DNA of 64,000 nucleotides from a virus, in IMG/VR virus record IMGVR_UViG_3300042945_003044, one strand, 5' to 3'. A program made the position numbers and the translations under genes. The notes beneath the pieces were generated by a model. The model did no database searches, had not been told where the DNA came from, and worked only from the letters and a program-made list of their open reading frames with translations. Below, piece by piece: positions 46,426-55,925 of this stretch; the stretch's first letter is position 1, and each line of letters begins with the position of its first letter.

Positions 46426-47235
46426 TTAGTAACCGGGAACAAAAGCAATTACATCCCACTTGTCTCGCCCAGCATGATATGTGGCAGCTAAAATGTCCAT
46501 CTTATTGGGGCTTGTACTCCAAGGTAGTGGTGATGATGCTGAACTAGGAATGTTAAATTTGTTGCCCAGAGTGATGGTTCTGCCGCCAGTAGAGTCTTGG
46601 GAGATTCTCCAGCGGAGTGTTTTGCCGTTAACGGGATTGGTGGGATTAGCTAGAGTTGCATTACCAGTTAGGGTTATGTCGAACATGTCTCCATATTTAG
46701 CGTCTACATTTATAGTAGAGTTATAAGCCATCTCCACAGTAACGGGACTTACGCTCATTGGCGAATCAACATAAATCGGGGATGCTGTAACACCATTATC
46801 ATACGTACTCTTTAGTCTACCGCCCTGCCAATTTAATTCATAACCAACAGCACAATTAAGACTAATACCGTTTTGTCCACCAGTATTATTATCAAAAGTA
46901 CCCTTGGCTAAACTAGTACCATTGTTTAGTAAAATATTACCGGGAATTTGTAGATTGCTATCAGTATTAAAACCCCATTGATTACCGCTTGCGCTAATTG
47001 TAACACTGCCATTTTCATTCGATGAACTAATAGTAGACCCATTAAATACAATATCCCCAGTATTGACTGCGACACCACTACCGCCCCCGTTTCCAAGAAA
47101 AGACGATAATGTAGCTAGTGAAACTTTCTTAGTCGCCGCAGAGCCGCTAGGATCATCCATCATTAGAAAAATATCGTCGGGAGTTAGGTTAACGCCGCTA
47201 GCAACAGGAAATTCATTTATTCTTTTAATACTCAT
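46426..47235 (-). CDS. Tail fibre-associated structural protein
   Basis: N-terminal I.E.P.A...L..DD........T.KVSL..L attachment-type motif. C-terminal ITLTGNATLANPTN...G....RI.QD.TGGRT domain. Confidence 0.65.
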   Translation of the reverse strand: MSIKRINEFPVASGVNLTPDDIFLMMDDPSGSAATKKVSLATLSSFLGNGGGSGVAVNTGDIVFNGSTISSSNENGSVTISASGNQWGFNTDSNLQIPGNILLNNGTSLAKGTFDNNTGGQNGISLNCAVGYELNWQGGRLKSTYDNGVTASPIYVDSPMSVSPVTVEMAYNSTINVDAKYGDMFDITLTGNATLANPTNPVNGKTLRWRISQDSTGGRTITLGNKFNIPSSASSPLPWSTSPNKMDILAATYHAGRDKWDVIAFVPGY

Positions 47236-47463
47236 TTAACCACCTATTATTGTTTGGCCACCAGCTAATTGTACAAATATGCCGTTGTAGAATCTATTAC
47301 CAAATTTTTGTTGAACGTTTTCGATAGTTAAATCACCAGGAAAATTAGGTCTAATAACCCTAGTGGATGATTTGCCTGTTGGCAAAGTGGAACATACTGC
47401 AGTCTTATTATTTATGCCTTTAGTATTATCTATTCTTACTATGTCTGTGTATGGTCTTGACAT
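47236..47463 (-). CDS. Hypothetical protein
   Basis: 75-aa ORF abutting the next gene. Confidence 0.5.
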   Translation of the reverse strand: MSRPYTDIVRIDNTKGINNKTAVCSTLPTGKSSTRVIRPNFPGDLTIENVQQKFGNRFYNGIFVQLAGGQTIIGG

Positions 47464-47492
47464 GTTTAGCCTTTCTATATATAGTATATGTT

Positions 47493-47813
47493 TTAATTTC
47501 TTTCTATTCTATCTTCTAGAGCTTCTAGAGTCTTGCCCAGTGTTGCTATTTGTATTTTAAGCTCATTCATAACTTCTGTGTTGCGCTGTAAGGCCATAGC
47601 AAAAGCTGCTTGGCTTTCTTTATTATTGGCTAATCTTTCCATAATAAATTGTCTATCATGAGCATACGGACTTTGAGTTTCTATCATATGCGCCACATCC
47701 GCTTTGGTCGCCATATTTCTGCCTATCGTCACCCAAAATCCCAACATAGTTACTATTATGCCTATTGCTGTTGTGGCTAGATTTTCCCAGAAATGAATAA
47801 TAGTTTCGCTCAT
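47493..47813 (-). CDS. Membrane protein with coiled coil (holin/hemolysin-like)
   Basis: TM segment (ATTAIGIIVTMLGFWV) and a C-terminal heptad repeat. Confidence 0.55.
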   Translation of the reverse strand: MSETIIHFWENLATTAIGIIVTMLGFWVTIGRNMATKADVAHMIETQSPYAHDRQFIMERLANNKESQAAFAMALQRNTEVMNELKIQIATLGKTLEALEDRIERN

Positions 47814-47870
47814 AATGCGTCCTATTTAATAAAAGAAATAAAATATAAAAGAAATCAAAAGTATATACAC

Positions 47871-47910
47871 TAAAAACAAAGAGCTAACAGCATTTACGCT
47901 ATTAGCTCTT
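47871..47910 (-). terminator. Rho-independent terminator
   Basis: - strand AAGAGCTAATAGC-GTAAAT-GCTGTTAGCTCTT-TGTTTTT: 13-bp stem with one G-U pair plus a U tract, downstream of 47938..48468. Confidence 0.8.
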
Positions 47911-47937
47911 CGTATTATGAAATTATTAATATTTTAC

Positions 47938-48468
47938 TTAGCCGTTTTTCTGCTTGTAGTCGGCCATGACCGGAACCTTGGCGCCAGTTCTGTATACTAG
48001 CTCACCAGGAACCTGTCTGGTTGGATTAGCTGCTTGGTCCTTGTAGACACCGCCAGCCACAACCATAGCATCATCAACTGAAACTTGTGGATAACCAGCT
48101 TCGAACTTACCGGTATAAACATTATACTTACCGGCTCTATAAGCTGTGGAAGTAAGAGTTGTTCTTACGGCTTCCATTCTAGCTATGCTTCTTCTACGAG
48201 CAGGATCAGCAGCACCACTAATAAGCGAGGTGTTTGAAACAGCAGCTAATGTAGAAGTTACTCTTTTCGCTACTGGTCTTTTATTGTTATACGCAAAAAC
48301 ACCACCAACTAAAGCAGCATCTGTTTCTGTTCCGTCTACAACCGTTGAGCCATATACGGTCAAAGAAGAGCCGAGACCAACAGAAGATAGTACTCCATTA
48401 GACACATTGATAGACGATCCGCCGTTATTTTTGACAGGTAAAGAGTTTTTGGACTTTGTTGTTGACAT
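47938..48468 (-). CDS. Putative abundant virion structural protein
   Basis: G/A/S/V-rich, GGAG SD, own upstream GGTGTAT motif and own downstream terminator. Confidence 0.5.
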   Translation of the reverse strand: MSTTKSKNSLPVKNNGGSSINVSNGVLSSVGLGSSLTVYGSTVVDGTETDAALVGGVFAYNNKRPVAKRVTSTLAAVSNTSLISGAADPARRRSIARMEAVRTTLTSTAYRAGKYNVYTGKFEAGYPQVSVDDAMVVAGGVYKDQAANPTRQVPGELVYRTGAKVPVMADYKQKNG

Positions 48469-48516
48469 CTTATTTCTCCGTTTATTTTTATTGATAGCGC
48501 TACCTATAAGGGTAAA

Positions 48517-48522
48517 TACACC
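48517..48522 (-). promoter_or_regulatory. GGTGTA upstream motif
   Basis: - strand GGGTGTATTTACCCTTATAG, intergenic. Confidence 0.5.
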
Positions 48523-48559
48523 CTATGGCCTAAATTACTAGTATTTTTTTTGATAACTA

Positions 48560-49222
48560 TTATTCTGTATATTTATTTTCATTCAATATACCAATACTAT
48601 TAAGATAGTGCAGCCTAAGGCCATATAAGCCGGAGTTTCTAACTAAATTAGCGTGTTTACTACTATATATATTCCCGTTGCATATAGTACGTATACCTGT
48701 CTTTGTATGTAAATAGTTACAAGCTATTAAATTATCATTTATGTCATCTATCATAAAACCGGACGCAGGAATAATAGTATTTATGCCTAAATCTACAAAA
48801 ATAGCGCATACTTTAGCTAAAATCTCATGACTAAACACCCTATATTCTAAAATATACCTAAGATTGATATTATTCTCTTTGCAAATTTCTAAATTAGACC
48901 TAATATCTTCTCTAAGTTTATCATATTTTCTATTACTTAAAATTTTTGTTGGAATAAAAAGATCAATTGTATTTATTTTAGATTTACAAGCTTGCGATAC
49001 CATAAAATTTCTGGTTTTTGTATCAGATAGACCGTATGGTAGGTCTAATGGAACAGAAATATTTATTAGTTCTGGATTAGATACAGCGCTTTTAGCAGTA
49101 TTAACACTGTATGGTAAAACGCCGATATTGGTGACGCCCATTTTGTAGGCGACTGCTATATTTTTTTGAGTCTCTATTTCGTTTAACGAATAATCATAGC
49201 AGACATATTCTATGTGTGTCAT
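48560..49222 (-). CDS. DeoC (deoxyribose-phosphate aldolase)-like TIM barrel, apparently lacking catalytic lysines
   Basis: DLPYG...T, IDLFI, LRYILE, IIPASGF (compare FIKTSTGF), ICNGNI (compare KASGGI). Confidence 0.6.
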   Translation of the reverse strand: MTHIEYVCYDYSLNEIETQKNIAVAYKMGVTNIGVLPYSVNTAKSAVSNPELINISVPLDLPYGLSDTKTRNFMVSQACKSKINTIDLFIPTKILSNRKYDKLREDIRSNLEICKENNINLRYILEYRVFSHEILAKVCAIFVDLGINTIIPASGFMIDDINDNLIACNYLHTKTGIRTICNGNIYSSKHANLVRNSGLYGLRLHYLNSIGILNENKYTE

Positions 49223-49902
49223 TTCTTGGTAGATGATTTAAGATGATTGATACTAGGATATTTTTTACTACCGAGTATTCCATCAGCGAAACCATAATAA
49301 ACGGCTTCTTCTGCTGTTAGAATCCAATCACATTTGTTAGCAATTTGAGAAGTGATGTGTTTTCTAGCCATCATTCTTTTCCAATTCTTTTCTTTTGCAA
49401 TCATACCATTCATACACCGGTCGGTAAATATATCTATCATCTTATCGCATTCTTCTTCGTTCCACTTAATGGAACTAGCGGCCGCTTTGCTGTGTTCTCC
49501 GTCAATACTTAAAAATCCATAATGAATCATTAGATTAGTATTCGGCATCAAAATTCTAAGATGCGCCGATTGCAGCAACACACTACTTGAGGATTCGGCT
49601 TTAGCATAGGCCAGTATAGTAACTTTAGCTGTAGAACTCTTAATAGCATCAAACATTCCTAGACAGTCTTGCCATTCTCCGCCAGGCATATGCATATGTA
49701 CTAAAATTGGGTCATTAGAAATCAAATTTAGATATCTCAGATTTTTTTCAAACACAACAGCTGACTTAAAATCTATACCCGGTTCTTCATCCGAATCTGA
49801 TAAATAAGAGTGTAAATATATTTCTCTATTTGGTACATCTATACCAAAATTATGGATGCTAGTTAAATCATCTGTCTCTAATGAGTTGTCTTTTTTAATC
49901 AT
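49219..49902 (-). CDS. clpP: ClpP-like serine protease subunit
   Basis: REIYL, PI.VHMHMPGG, AES (Ser), R.LMPN..LMIH (His), DWILTAEEAVYYGFAD.I (Asp). Confidence 0.82.
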   Translation of the reverse strand: MIKKDNSLETDDLTSIHNFGIDVPNREIYLHSYLSDSDEEPGIDFKSAVVFEKNLRYLNLISNDPILVHMHMPGGEWQDCLGMFDAIKSSTAKVTILAYAKAESSSSVLLQSAHLRILMPNTNLMIHYGFLSIDGEHSKAAASSIKWNEEECDKMIDIFTDRCMNGMIAKEKNWKRMMARKHITSQIANKCDWILTAEEAVYYGFADGILGSKKYPSINHLKSSTKK

Positions 49903-50347
49903 ATATGTCTAAATGCTCATAAACCCTATCATTAATATCTCTCATAATCTGAGAATCATCAAAAGCTTTTCCTACCGAAATACGAAATCTGTATCTGGTA
50001 AAAATATCTAAAGATTCTACTCCGCTAGTTTCTTCTATTGTATCTACAATATCTTTAGTGATATCAAAATTGGTATGGCCCATCCAAAAGTTAAAAATTT
50101 TATTACTAGCGGTATTTTCATTAATAGGTATAACGCCCATCGGAGTCGCTATAACTTTAACATATTTAGGATTATAAATTCCAGAGTAGGATTCTAAGTT
50201 CTTTCCATTGTTATTTTGTTCTTCATTCTCATAATCTTCATAGTAGTCTTGATCTGGCCCGGCCTCTTCTGCCTCATCGATATCATCATATCCAAATGGA
50301 TCAACCCATTTTTGCCATATGATTTTAAATTTATTCTTGGATGACAT
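49895..50347 (-). CDS. Hypothetical protein
   Basis: WQKW.DP, FW.GHTNFDIT, GVE.L....RYRFRI..GK.F. Confidence 0.55.
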   Translation of the reverse strand: MSSKNKFKIIWQKWVDPFGYDDIDEAEEAGPDQDYYEDYENEEQNNNGKNLESYSGIYNPKYVKVIATPMGVIPINENTASNKIFNFWMGHTNFDITKDIVDTIEETSGVESLDIFTRYRFRISVGKAFDDSQIMRDINDRVYEHLDIYD

Positions 50348-50437
50348 TTAAGAATATAGCCTATTTATTAGGGAAAACTAAGCACTAAGACGCTATTATA
50401 GTAAGTATAAACACCAGAAAGTCACGAAAATAGCATT

Positions 50438-50902
50438 TTAATGTTTTATTTGATTAAAAACCGCTGTTGGTCTAATTACAGGATGATTTTTGCTACTATT
50501 CTTTTTCTTATCTGTTCTATTTATGTGGGACATGGCCCAAAAAAATAATATGTTGTCAATAAATAATTGATCATTTGGATCGGAACTTTTTTTCTTGTTT
50601 TTCTCTAACAGAGATACTATCGAGTCAACTACTAGTCCGTCGGTTATAGAACTAATAAACTTACCAAAATCTTCCGATTCCCTAGTTATTTCATCAGAAG
50701 ACATTTTGTCAGTTTCTGGTAAAAAACATAAAATATCTATATCGTTATTTTCGTATAGGCTAAACGTGATAGCTCCTTTTATTTTATCCTTTAAACCAAA
50801 TTTACTGCTTGTGCTATATTTTTGGTCTTCTTCTTTTTTTTCGATTTTGCTACTACTAAATAATGTTTTTAATTTTAAGTAAAGTTTTTGTATTATATTC
50901 AT
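50438..50902 (-). CDS. Hypothetical protein
   Basis: 154-aa ORF ending PVIRPTAVF. Confidence 0.5.
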   Translation of the reverse strand: MNIIQKLYLKLKTLFSSSKIEKKEEDQKYSTSSKFGLKDKIKGAITFSLYENNDIDILCFLPETDKMSSDEITRESEDFGKFISSITDGLVVDSIVSLLEKNKKKSSDPNDQLFIDNILFFWAMSHINRTDKKKNSSKNHPVIRPTAVFNQIKH

Positions 50903-51197
50903 TAGTTATACTCTCCAATAAATAAAATCCACCATGTTTAGGAACCAAGGTATTATATATTAGAACCATATAAGGTATATATAGTATTTTATTGACTATA
51001 AATATATCTAGAGGTCTAAAATTTAAATACCCATCATCAATAGAAAGATATTGCTTAGACAATACTCCAAGCTGATAAGCGATGTCGGAATTTTCATTTA
51101 AGTTTAGATTAGGCAATTCTTTGTTATCGTCCAACAAAACTTCTAGCTTGTTGTCTTGCATTCGCAATACATAAAGATCAAGTTGTGCATTTATCAT
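50856..51197 (-). CDS. Hypothetical protein
   Basis: 113-aa ORF overlapping both neighbours. Confidence 0.45.
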   Translation of the reverse strand: MINAQLDLYVLRMQDNKLEVLLDDNKELPNLNLNENSDIAYQLGVLSKQYLSIDDGYLNFRPLDIFIVNKILYIPYMVLIYNTLVPKHGGFYLLESITNEYNTKTLLKIKNII

Positions 51198-51774
51198 ATT
51201 GTCTTATAGTCTCTAAGCTTCTTTTGATATTTTGCCTAATAGCTTCTCTCGACACTCCATAAACTTTACCAATCTCTGTTAGAGTTTTATCTTCGAGATA
51301 ATATAGTTTGAGTTGGTGTTTTTGTTTTTCAGAAAGGGCTGAGTGATTCCACAAAGCGGACATAGCATCTGAGAGTATGGTTTCGTTTTCTTCTTCTATC
51401 AGAACATCAATAGGCTGCTTAGTTTTTTTGTCTGGGATGGTGTTGTGTAGTTCTGACTCTGAGTCTTCGCTAAACACATGATTGATACTTATGTTTTTAG
51501 GCTTCTTGTATTTATTTGTTATATACGTCTTGATAGCCCAAATAGCGCATTGGTTCCGATAAGAATATAGGGTTTTCTTTAGTCCCGTCTTCCCAGGTCT
51601 ATCTGGATCAAATCTCCAGTCAGCATACATAATGGCTGTGGCAACATCCGAAACGGCTTCCTCATTGCTAAGCATTTCCTTGGATAGTCCGTTATAAAAC
51701 TTCGGGGCAAATTTAGAGATAGTTTTTTTTGCTAAAGCAATATACGTAGATAGAGAATCAAATGTCTTTTCCAT
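51178..51774 (-). CDS. Phage-encoded sigma70-family RNA polymerase sigma factor
   Basis: Region 2-like A...FDPDR...YSY...WAI; region 4 LSEKQK..L.LYY....TLTEIG...GVSREAIRQ. Confidence 0.85.
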   Translation of the reverse strand: MEKTFDSLSTYIALAKKTISKFAPKFYNGLSKEMLSNEEAVSDVATAIMYADWRFDPDRPGKTGLKKTLYSYRNQCAIWAIKTYITNKYKKPKNISINHVFSEDSESELHNTIPDKKTKQPIDVLIEEENETILSDAMSALWNHSALSEKQKHQLKLYYLEDKTLTEIGKVYGVSREAIRQNIKRSLETIRQYDKCTT

Positions 51775-51818
51775 ATTCGGTCCTTATAATTATTGACCCC
51801 AAACCGCCCAAATAAACA

Positions 51819-52292
51819 CTATTCAGACTTTTTGTTGTCCTTAGTTAGCTTTTTCCACATGTCAGGATCTGGCCTGTCTTTATCTCCTGGCTTAGCTGGT
51901 CTATAGTCATCACCCATTCGCTGTCTTTTTTTACGAATGTTTTCCCATAGCCCAGTCTTAGCTCCTGCTCCAGTATTATCGGCAGCCTCCGAGACATACA
52001 TGACAAAATCATGGATACCTCGCATTTGATCCTCAACTACAGCGATCATACCCTGTAGATGGGCCGCTGTCAAATTCTCGCTTACGTTTGGGTTTTCGAG
52101 ACTGTTTAATATACTATTAGCGTGTTCCATGATAGCTCTTAAAGAGCCAACGCTCATATTATAGAAATCTTTTTTATATTCCATGAGTTCAATTTCTGGT
52201 GATTCTGTTTCTTGTTTTTCTACATTTAGAAAATTACTATCTTCTGATAGTGCTTTATTAACAGAATTTAAAATATCATTTATGCGATCCAT
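51819..52292 (-). CDS. Hypothetical protein
   Basis: Helical core plus C-terminal GLWENIRKKR...PAKPG..DRP module. Confidence 0.55.
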   Translation of the reverse strand: MDRINDILNSVNKALSEDSNFLNVEKQETESPEIELMEYKKDFYNMSVGSLRAIMEHANSILNSLENPNVSENLTAAHLQGMIAVVEDQMRGIHDFVMYVSEAADNTGAGAKTGLWENIRKKRQRMGDDYRPAKPGDKDRPDPDMWKKLTKDNKKSE

Positions 52293-52370
52293 AATGAAGC
52301 CTCATGTATTATAACGACTAGTCTGAACCTATTTATAAAATTATACTTGTATGCTTAAGAAATTGTCTAA

Positions 52371-52883
52371 TCACCAACTCTTACACGCCCAATATCGACT
52401 TTTCCACTTAGGCCCAGGATTATCACAATTGTGTCTAGCTCTAAAGCTTTTTCTGCGCTCTGGAATATTTTTCTTAATCTTCATGTTGGGGTCGCCAAAA
52501 TTTACTTTGACAATATTTCCTTTGTCGTTTTTTACGTAAACGCTAAACTTTTTGGGGCCGTCAGGAGTTCTAAAGGGCTTATTTAAAGTTACTTTACGCC
52601 CCTGATATTCAGCAGCAACTGTTTTACCGTCTTCTTCGTAGATTGTATTAGCTTCTACTTCCCACGTAAATTCATCCCATTCATCGTCCCATGAACAATT
52701 ACTAGCCAAAAGATTATCGCAAACTTCTTCGATCAATAAAGATCCTGCTTTTTTTGTTTGACCCAGACACACCGCTACTCTTTGTTTGGAGTCTTGGTAA
52801 TCTTTTTTCATTACCTCGCTGCTCATGCAGCGGGATATAAACTTTTGTTTATCTTCATTATTTTCTGGCTGAGGTATGGGCAT
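52371..52883 (-). CDS. Conserved phage protein (DUF6321-like C-terminal domain)
   Basis: MPIPQP...E....FISRCM module plus AEYQGRKV.LNKP.R...KKF.VYVK...V.FGDP...RRKSFRARH.C...RYW.C..W. Confidence 0.6.
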   Translation of the reverse strand: MPIPQPENNEDKQKFISRCMSSEVMKKDYQDSKQRVAVCLGQTKKAGSLLIEEVCDNLLASNCSWDDEWDEFTWEVEANTIYEEDGKTVAAEYQGRKVTLNKPFRTPDGPKKFSVYVKNDKGNIVKVNFGDPNMKIKKNIPERRKSFRARHNCDNPGPKWKSRYWACKSW

Positions 52884-52897
52884 ATAGTATCTCCTGT

Positions 52898-53959
52898 CTA
52901 TTTAGACATACACCCTTCTATTATATTGGCTGTATTATTCCATGATAGCTTTTGGGCCGTTTTTAGGCCACCAGAATTATTAGTGATTCTATTTTTATAA
53001 ACAAATCTCATATAGTCTACGCACTCATCTATTTGAGATTGGCCTATTTTGGCCCAATTCCCCTGTCCAACAAATGCCTTGCCATCATATGCTCGTTCTG
53101 TTTCTGTAATATTTACCAGATAAGAATTATCTTTATCACAAAATTCGGTGTGGGCAGAGTAGTCGGTTGCTATTACTGGTTTATTCATAGCCATGCATTC
53201 TAAAAGTTCGAGATTCCATCCTTCTGCTCTTGACATAAACACACCACAAGAAGCCTGAGATATAATCTGAGCTATATCCTGCTGGGAATCGACACCGGGA
53301 GAAAGTTTTACCCTACTGTCAATCAAATATTTATTTTTCCATTCTTTAAGTTGTTCTTCACTAGAATAGTTATTTGTGTGTTCTGACGCTACTATCCATA
53401 GTTCAACATCTTCTTCCGATGGAAAAGCTTTTCTAAATATATCTATAAGTACATCGTGACCTTTTCTAATTTCCCATTTACCAATATTTAAAAAGACATA
53501 TTTGTTTTGATCTATCATAGAATACTGCTCATGATTAAAAGTAGCAACGTCTACTCCTAAAGGAGCCACATTCACTATCGAACAGATACCATTGTTTAGT
53601 ATTATGTCTTTAGCCCAATTACTAGATACAAAGAGTTCGTCTGGTACGGATAGGTGTTTTTTTTCTCTTTGATTAAAAGAGTCTAGCTCAAAAAATGGAT
53701 ACGCAAAATATCTTCCTTTACCAACTCTTTCTGCTAGATCAAACTGATGCCAAATTTTAATAAACGGAGCATGGATGTCGAAATCGTCTTGGTTATTAAG
53801 CAGATCTACTACGAAATCATAATCTTGCTGTGTATTAACGCTTGGTTGTCCTTTTGGAAAATAATATATTTTATTTTTTCCGGATAGTGCTTTTAGGATA
53901 TTGAAGGAAGCAAGTCCATATCCGGTATTATTAATGGGGCCACAAAAATTAATATTCAT
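52898..53959 (-). CDS. GT4 family glycosyltransferase
   Basis: TGYG, PLGVD, FLNIGKWEIRKG.D, SRAEGWNL.LLE.MA..KPVIAT.YSAH. Confidence 0.9.
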   Translation of the reverse strand: MNINFCGPINNTGYGLASFNILKALSGKNKIYYFPKGQPSVNTQQDYDFVVDLLNNQDDFDIHAPFIKIWHQFDLAERVGKGRYFAYPFFELDSFNQREKKHLSVPDELFVSSNWAKDIILNNGICSIVNVAPLGVDVATFNHEQYSMIDQNKYVFLNIGKWEIRKGHDVLIDIFRKAFPSEEDVELWIVASEHTNNYSSEEQLKEWKNKYLIDSRVKLSPGVDSQQDIAQIISQASCGVFMSRAEGWNLELLECMAMNKPVIATDYSAHTEFCDKDNSYLVNITETERAYDGKAFVGQGNWAKIGQSQIDECVDYMRFVYKNRITNNSGGLKTAQKLSWNNTANIIEGCMSK

Positions 53960-55089
53960 TAAACACCTAGACGCGGGTTGTTGTTATTATGTATTTGGCT
54001 CACTTTACAAAACTGACTACATTTAGCCATATGTTTAACGTGAGCCGCTCCTATATAACAGCAACAGGAACGGATGCCCCCCAATAATTCTTGGATAATT
54101 TTATCCATAGGCCCCTTGTAAGGTACGGTGATTTTAGTTCCTTCACTAGCTCTATATTCTTTGATATTATCTTCATATTTTTCTTGAGCATGGTGGGTGC
54201 TCATTCCGTAGTATGTGAATTCGGTTTTTCTTTTTGTGGTCGAATATCCAGGATCATATGGCTGCCACCACTCCGAATTATGAGATTGGCACAAATACTC
54301 AGTTTTCCACTCCCCATCACAAGGCTCGGATCCTGCGAAATATCCGCCGAGCATTACAAAATCACTTCCTGCACACAGGGCTTTGCAAACGTCTCCAACC
54401 GTTTTGTGTCCACCATCAGAGCAGATTAGGCCTAGTTTTTTATGTCCATTTTGAAGGCCGTGTGCTACATAGGCATTGTCTAAACAACAGCTCAACTGAG
54501 GCACCCCACAACCTGTAAGAAAGCGAGTAGTACACGCGCTTCCTCCACCAATACCACACTTTACAATATCGACGCCTCCATAAATTAATAGTTCTTGAGT
54601 AGACGAGGTATTAGTAACATTCCCAGCAATAATAATGGATTCTGGGAAATGATCTCTAACTCTCCTACAGTATTTAACAAAAACATCCATATGTCCATTT
54701 GGAACGTCTATACAAATATTTGGCTGCTTTCCTAGTTTTTCTTTAAGCTCTAGCAAATGATTTAAGTCGCTTTTTTTATAGCCTATTGATACGAATGTAT
54801 AGTCTATATTTTCTGGGTGTTTTTGAAAATAATCCGAAAGCTGTTCAACAGTATGGTATTTGTGTAAACATGCTATCATTTTATGCTTAGCTAGTGCTGT
54901 CGCCATCTCAAAACTACAAAAGCTCATATTGGCGCACATAATTGGGATACCGGTCCAACTTCTTGGAGAATGATAAAAACTAAACGTGCGTTCTAGCTCT
55001 ATATCTGATCTACTAGTAAGAGTGGAGCGTTGAGGAACTATTAATACGTCATTAAAGTCTAATTTTGATTCATTGATAATTTTTTGCAT
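53959..55089 (-). CDS. guaC: GMP reductase
   Basis: LDF.DVLI.P.RS.L.SR, ANM, ICIDVPNG, AGNV, K.GIG.GS.CTTR..TG.G.PQLS, SDGG, VMLGG, YGMS, YRASEG, GGIRS. No CBS domains. Confidence 0.88.
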   Translation of the reverse strand: MQKIINESKLDFNDVLIVPQRSTLTSRSDIELERTFSFYHSPRSWTGIPIMCANMSFCSFEMATALAKHKMIACLHKYHTVEQLSDYFQKHPENIDYTFVSIGYKKSDLNHLLELKEKLGKQPNICIDVPNGHMDVFVKYCRRVRDHFPESIIIAGNVTNTSSTQELLIYGGVDIVKCGIGGGSACTTRFLTGCGVPQLSCCLDNAYVAHGLQNGHKKLGLICSDGGHKTVGDVCKALCAGSDFVMLGGYFAGSEPCDGEWKTEYLCQSHNSEWWQPYDPGYSTTKRKTEFTYYGMSTHHAQEKYEDNIKEYRASEGTKITVPYKGPMDKIIQELLGGIRSCCCYIGAAHVKHMAKCSQFCKVSQIHNNNNPRLGV

Positions 55090-55092
55090 AAG

Positions 55093-55296
55093 CTACGCTT
55101 TCCTCATATATTCATCTGTATCATAACATGTCCATTTTTTAAAATCTTCGAATCCCTGTTCGCTTACGCAGATTTTTGCGCCTGTCATTATACCCCTGCC
55201 CTTGTAGTGCTTTAAAGCCGCCAGAATAGCGGCTGTATGATCAGGAGAATCTATAATAAATTTTATTTGTCCAGACTTAACATAGTATTTAGGCAT
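55093..55296 (-). CDS. Small hypothetical protein
   Basis: MPKYYVKSG...VSEQGF. Start reset to the internal Met. Confidence 0.5.
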   Translation of the reverse strand: MPKYYVKSGQIKFIIDSPDHTAAILAALKHYKGRGIMTGAKICVSEQGFEDFKKWTCYDTDEYMRKA

Positions 55297-55378
55297 TTTG
55301 GTTTTACAGAAAAATGTTTTCATTATACAAATCTTCAACCCCTATGGGCAAAAGATAACATTAAAAAATCAAATAATA

Positions 55379-55912
55379 TTATATATTAAAAAATTGCCAT
55401 CTTCTATAAGATTCAATGTTTTCATCAGTATCAATATGCTTAAGATAGTTTTTAAGATCGTCCCATGAAGAAAAAATCATTTGATGAGGAATAGTTCCGA
55501 ATATCCAGTCAGGGGCATTTATTTTTCCTTGTTCTACATGAATAATAATGGGCTTCTTACATCTGTTAGCACTAAAAATTTCCTCATACGTTCCGCATGG
55601 ATGTATATCTAAATTCAGGTTGACTATCAAAAAATCGCTAATATCTACGAGACGTAGGTCAACTCTCCTGATAACTTTCATCATTTCTGATAATTCATCA
55701 TATCGTTCTTTTTGTTTTAGCTTAGTTTTTACAATATGAGAATCATGATCTTCCATACCTGTTGTGGTTGGCTTAGTGATAGGATTAAAAACCACAACGC
55801 CCATGTCTTCTAAGAAAGGCGTAATATTATCTCTCCATGTAGTACCTCTGTCTGGCACTCTGTCCATAGCTCCGGCTAAATATACTCTTTGATTTTCTAG
55901 TCTATTATGCAT
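55379..55912 (-). CDS. Nucleoside 2-deoxyribosyltransferase / nucleotide N-glycosidase-like protein
   Basis: VYLAGAM, WR, FNP, DL..VD.SD..IV, GT.EE. Confidence 0.75.
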   Translation of the reverse strand: MHNRLENQRVYLAGAMDRVPDRGTTWRDNITPFLEDMGVVVFNPITKPTTTGMEDHDSHIVKTKLKQKERYDELSEMMKVIRRVDLRLVDISDFLIVNLNLDIHPCGTYEEIFSANRCKKPIIIHVEQGKINAPDWIFGTIPHQMIFSSWDDLKNYLKHIDTDENIESYRRWQFFNI

Positions 55913-55925
55913 TTCGTGTCCTTTG

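Noticed and set aside
53959-55089. IMP dehydrogenase (guaB) call
   Set aside because: No CBS subdomain, and motifs (RSTLTSRS, CTTR..TG.G.PQLS, YRASEG) fit GMP reductase better. Not fully excluded without a tree.
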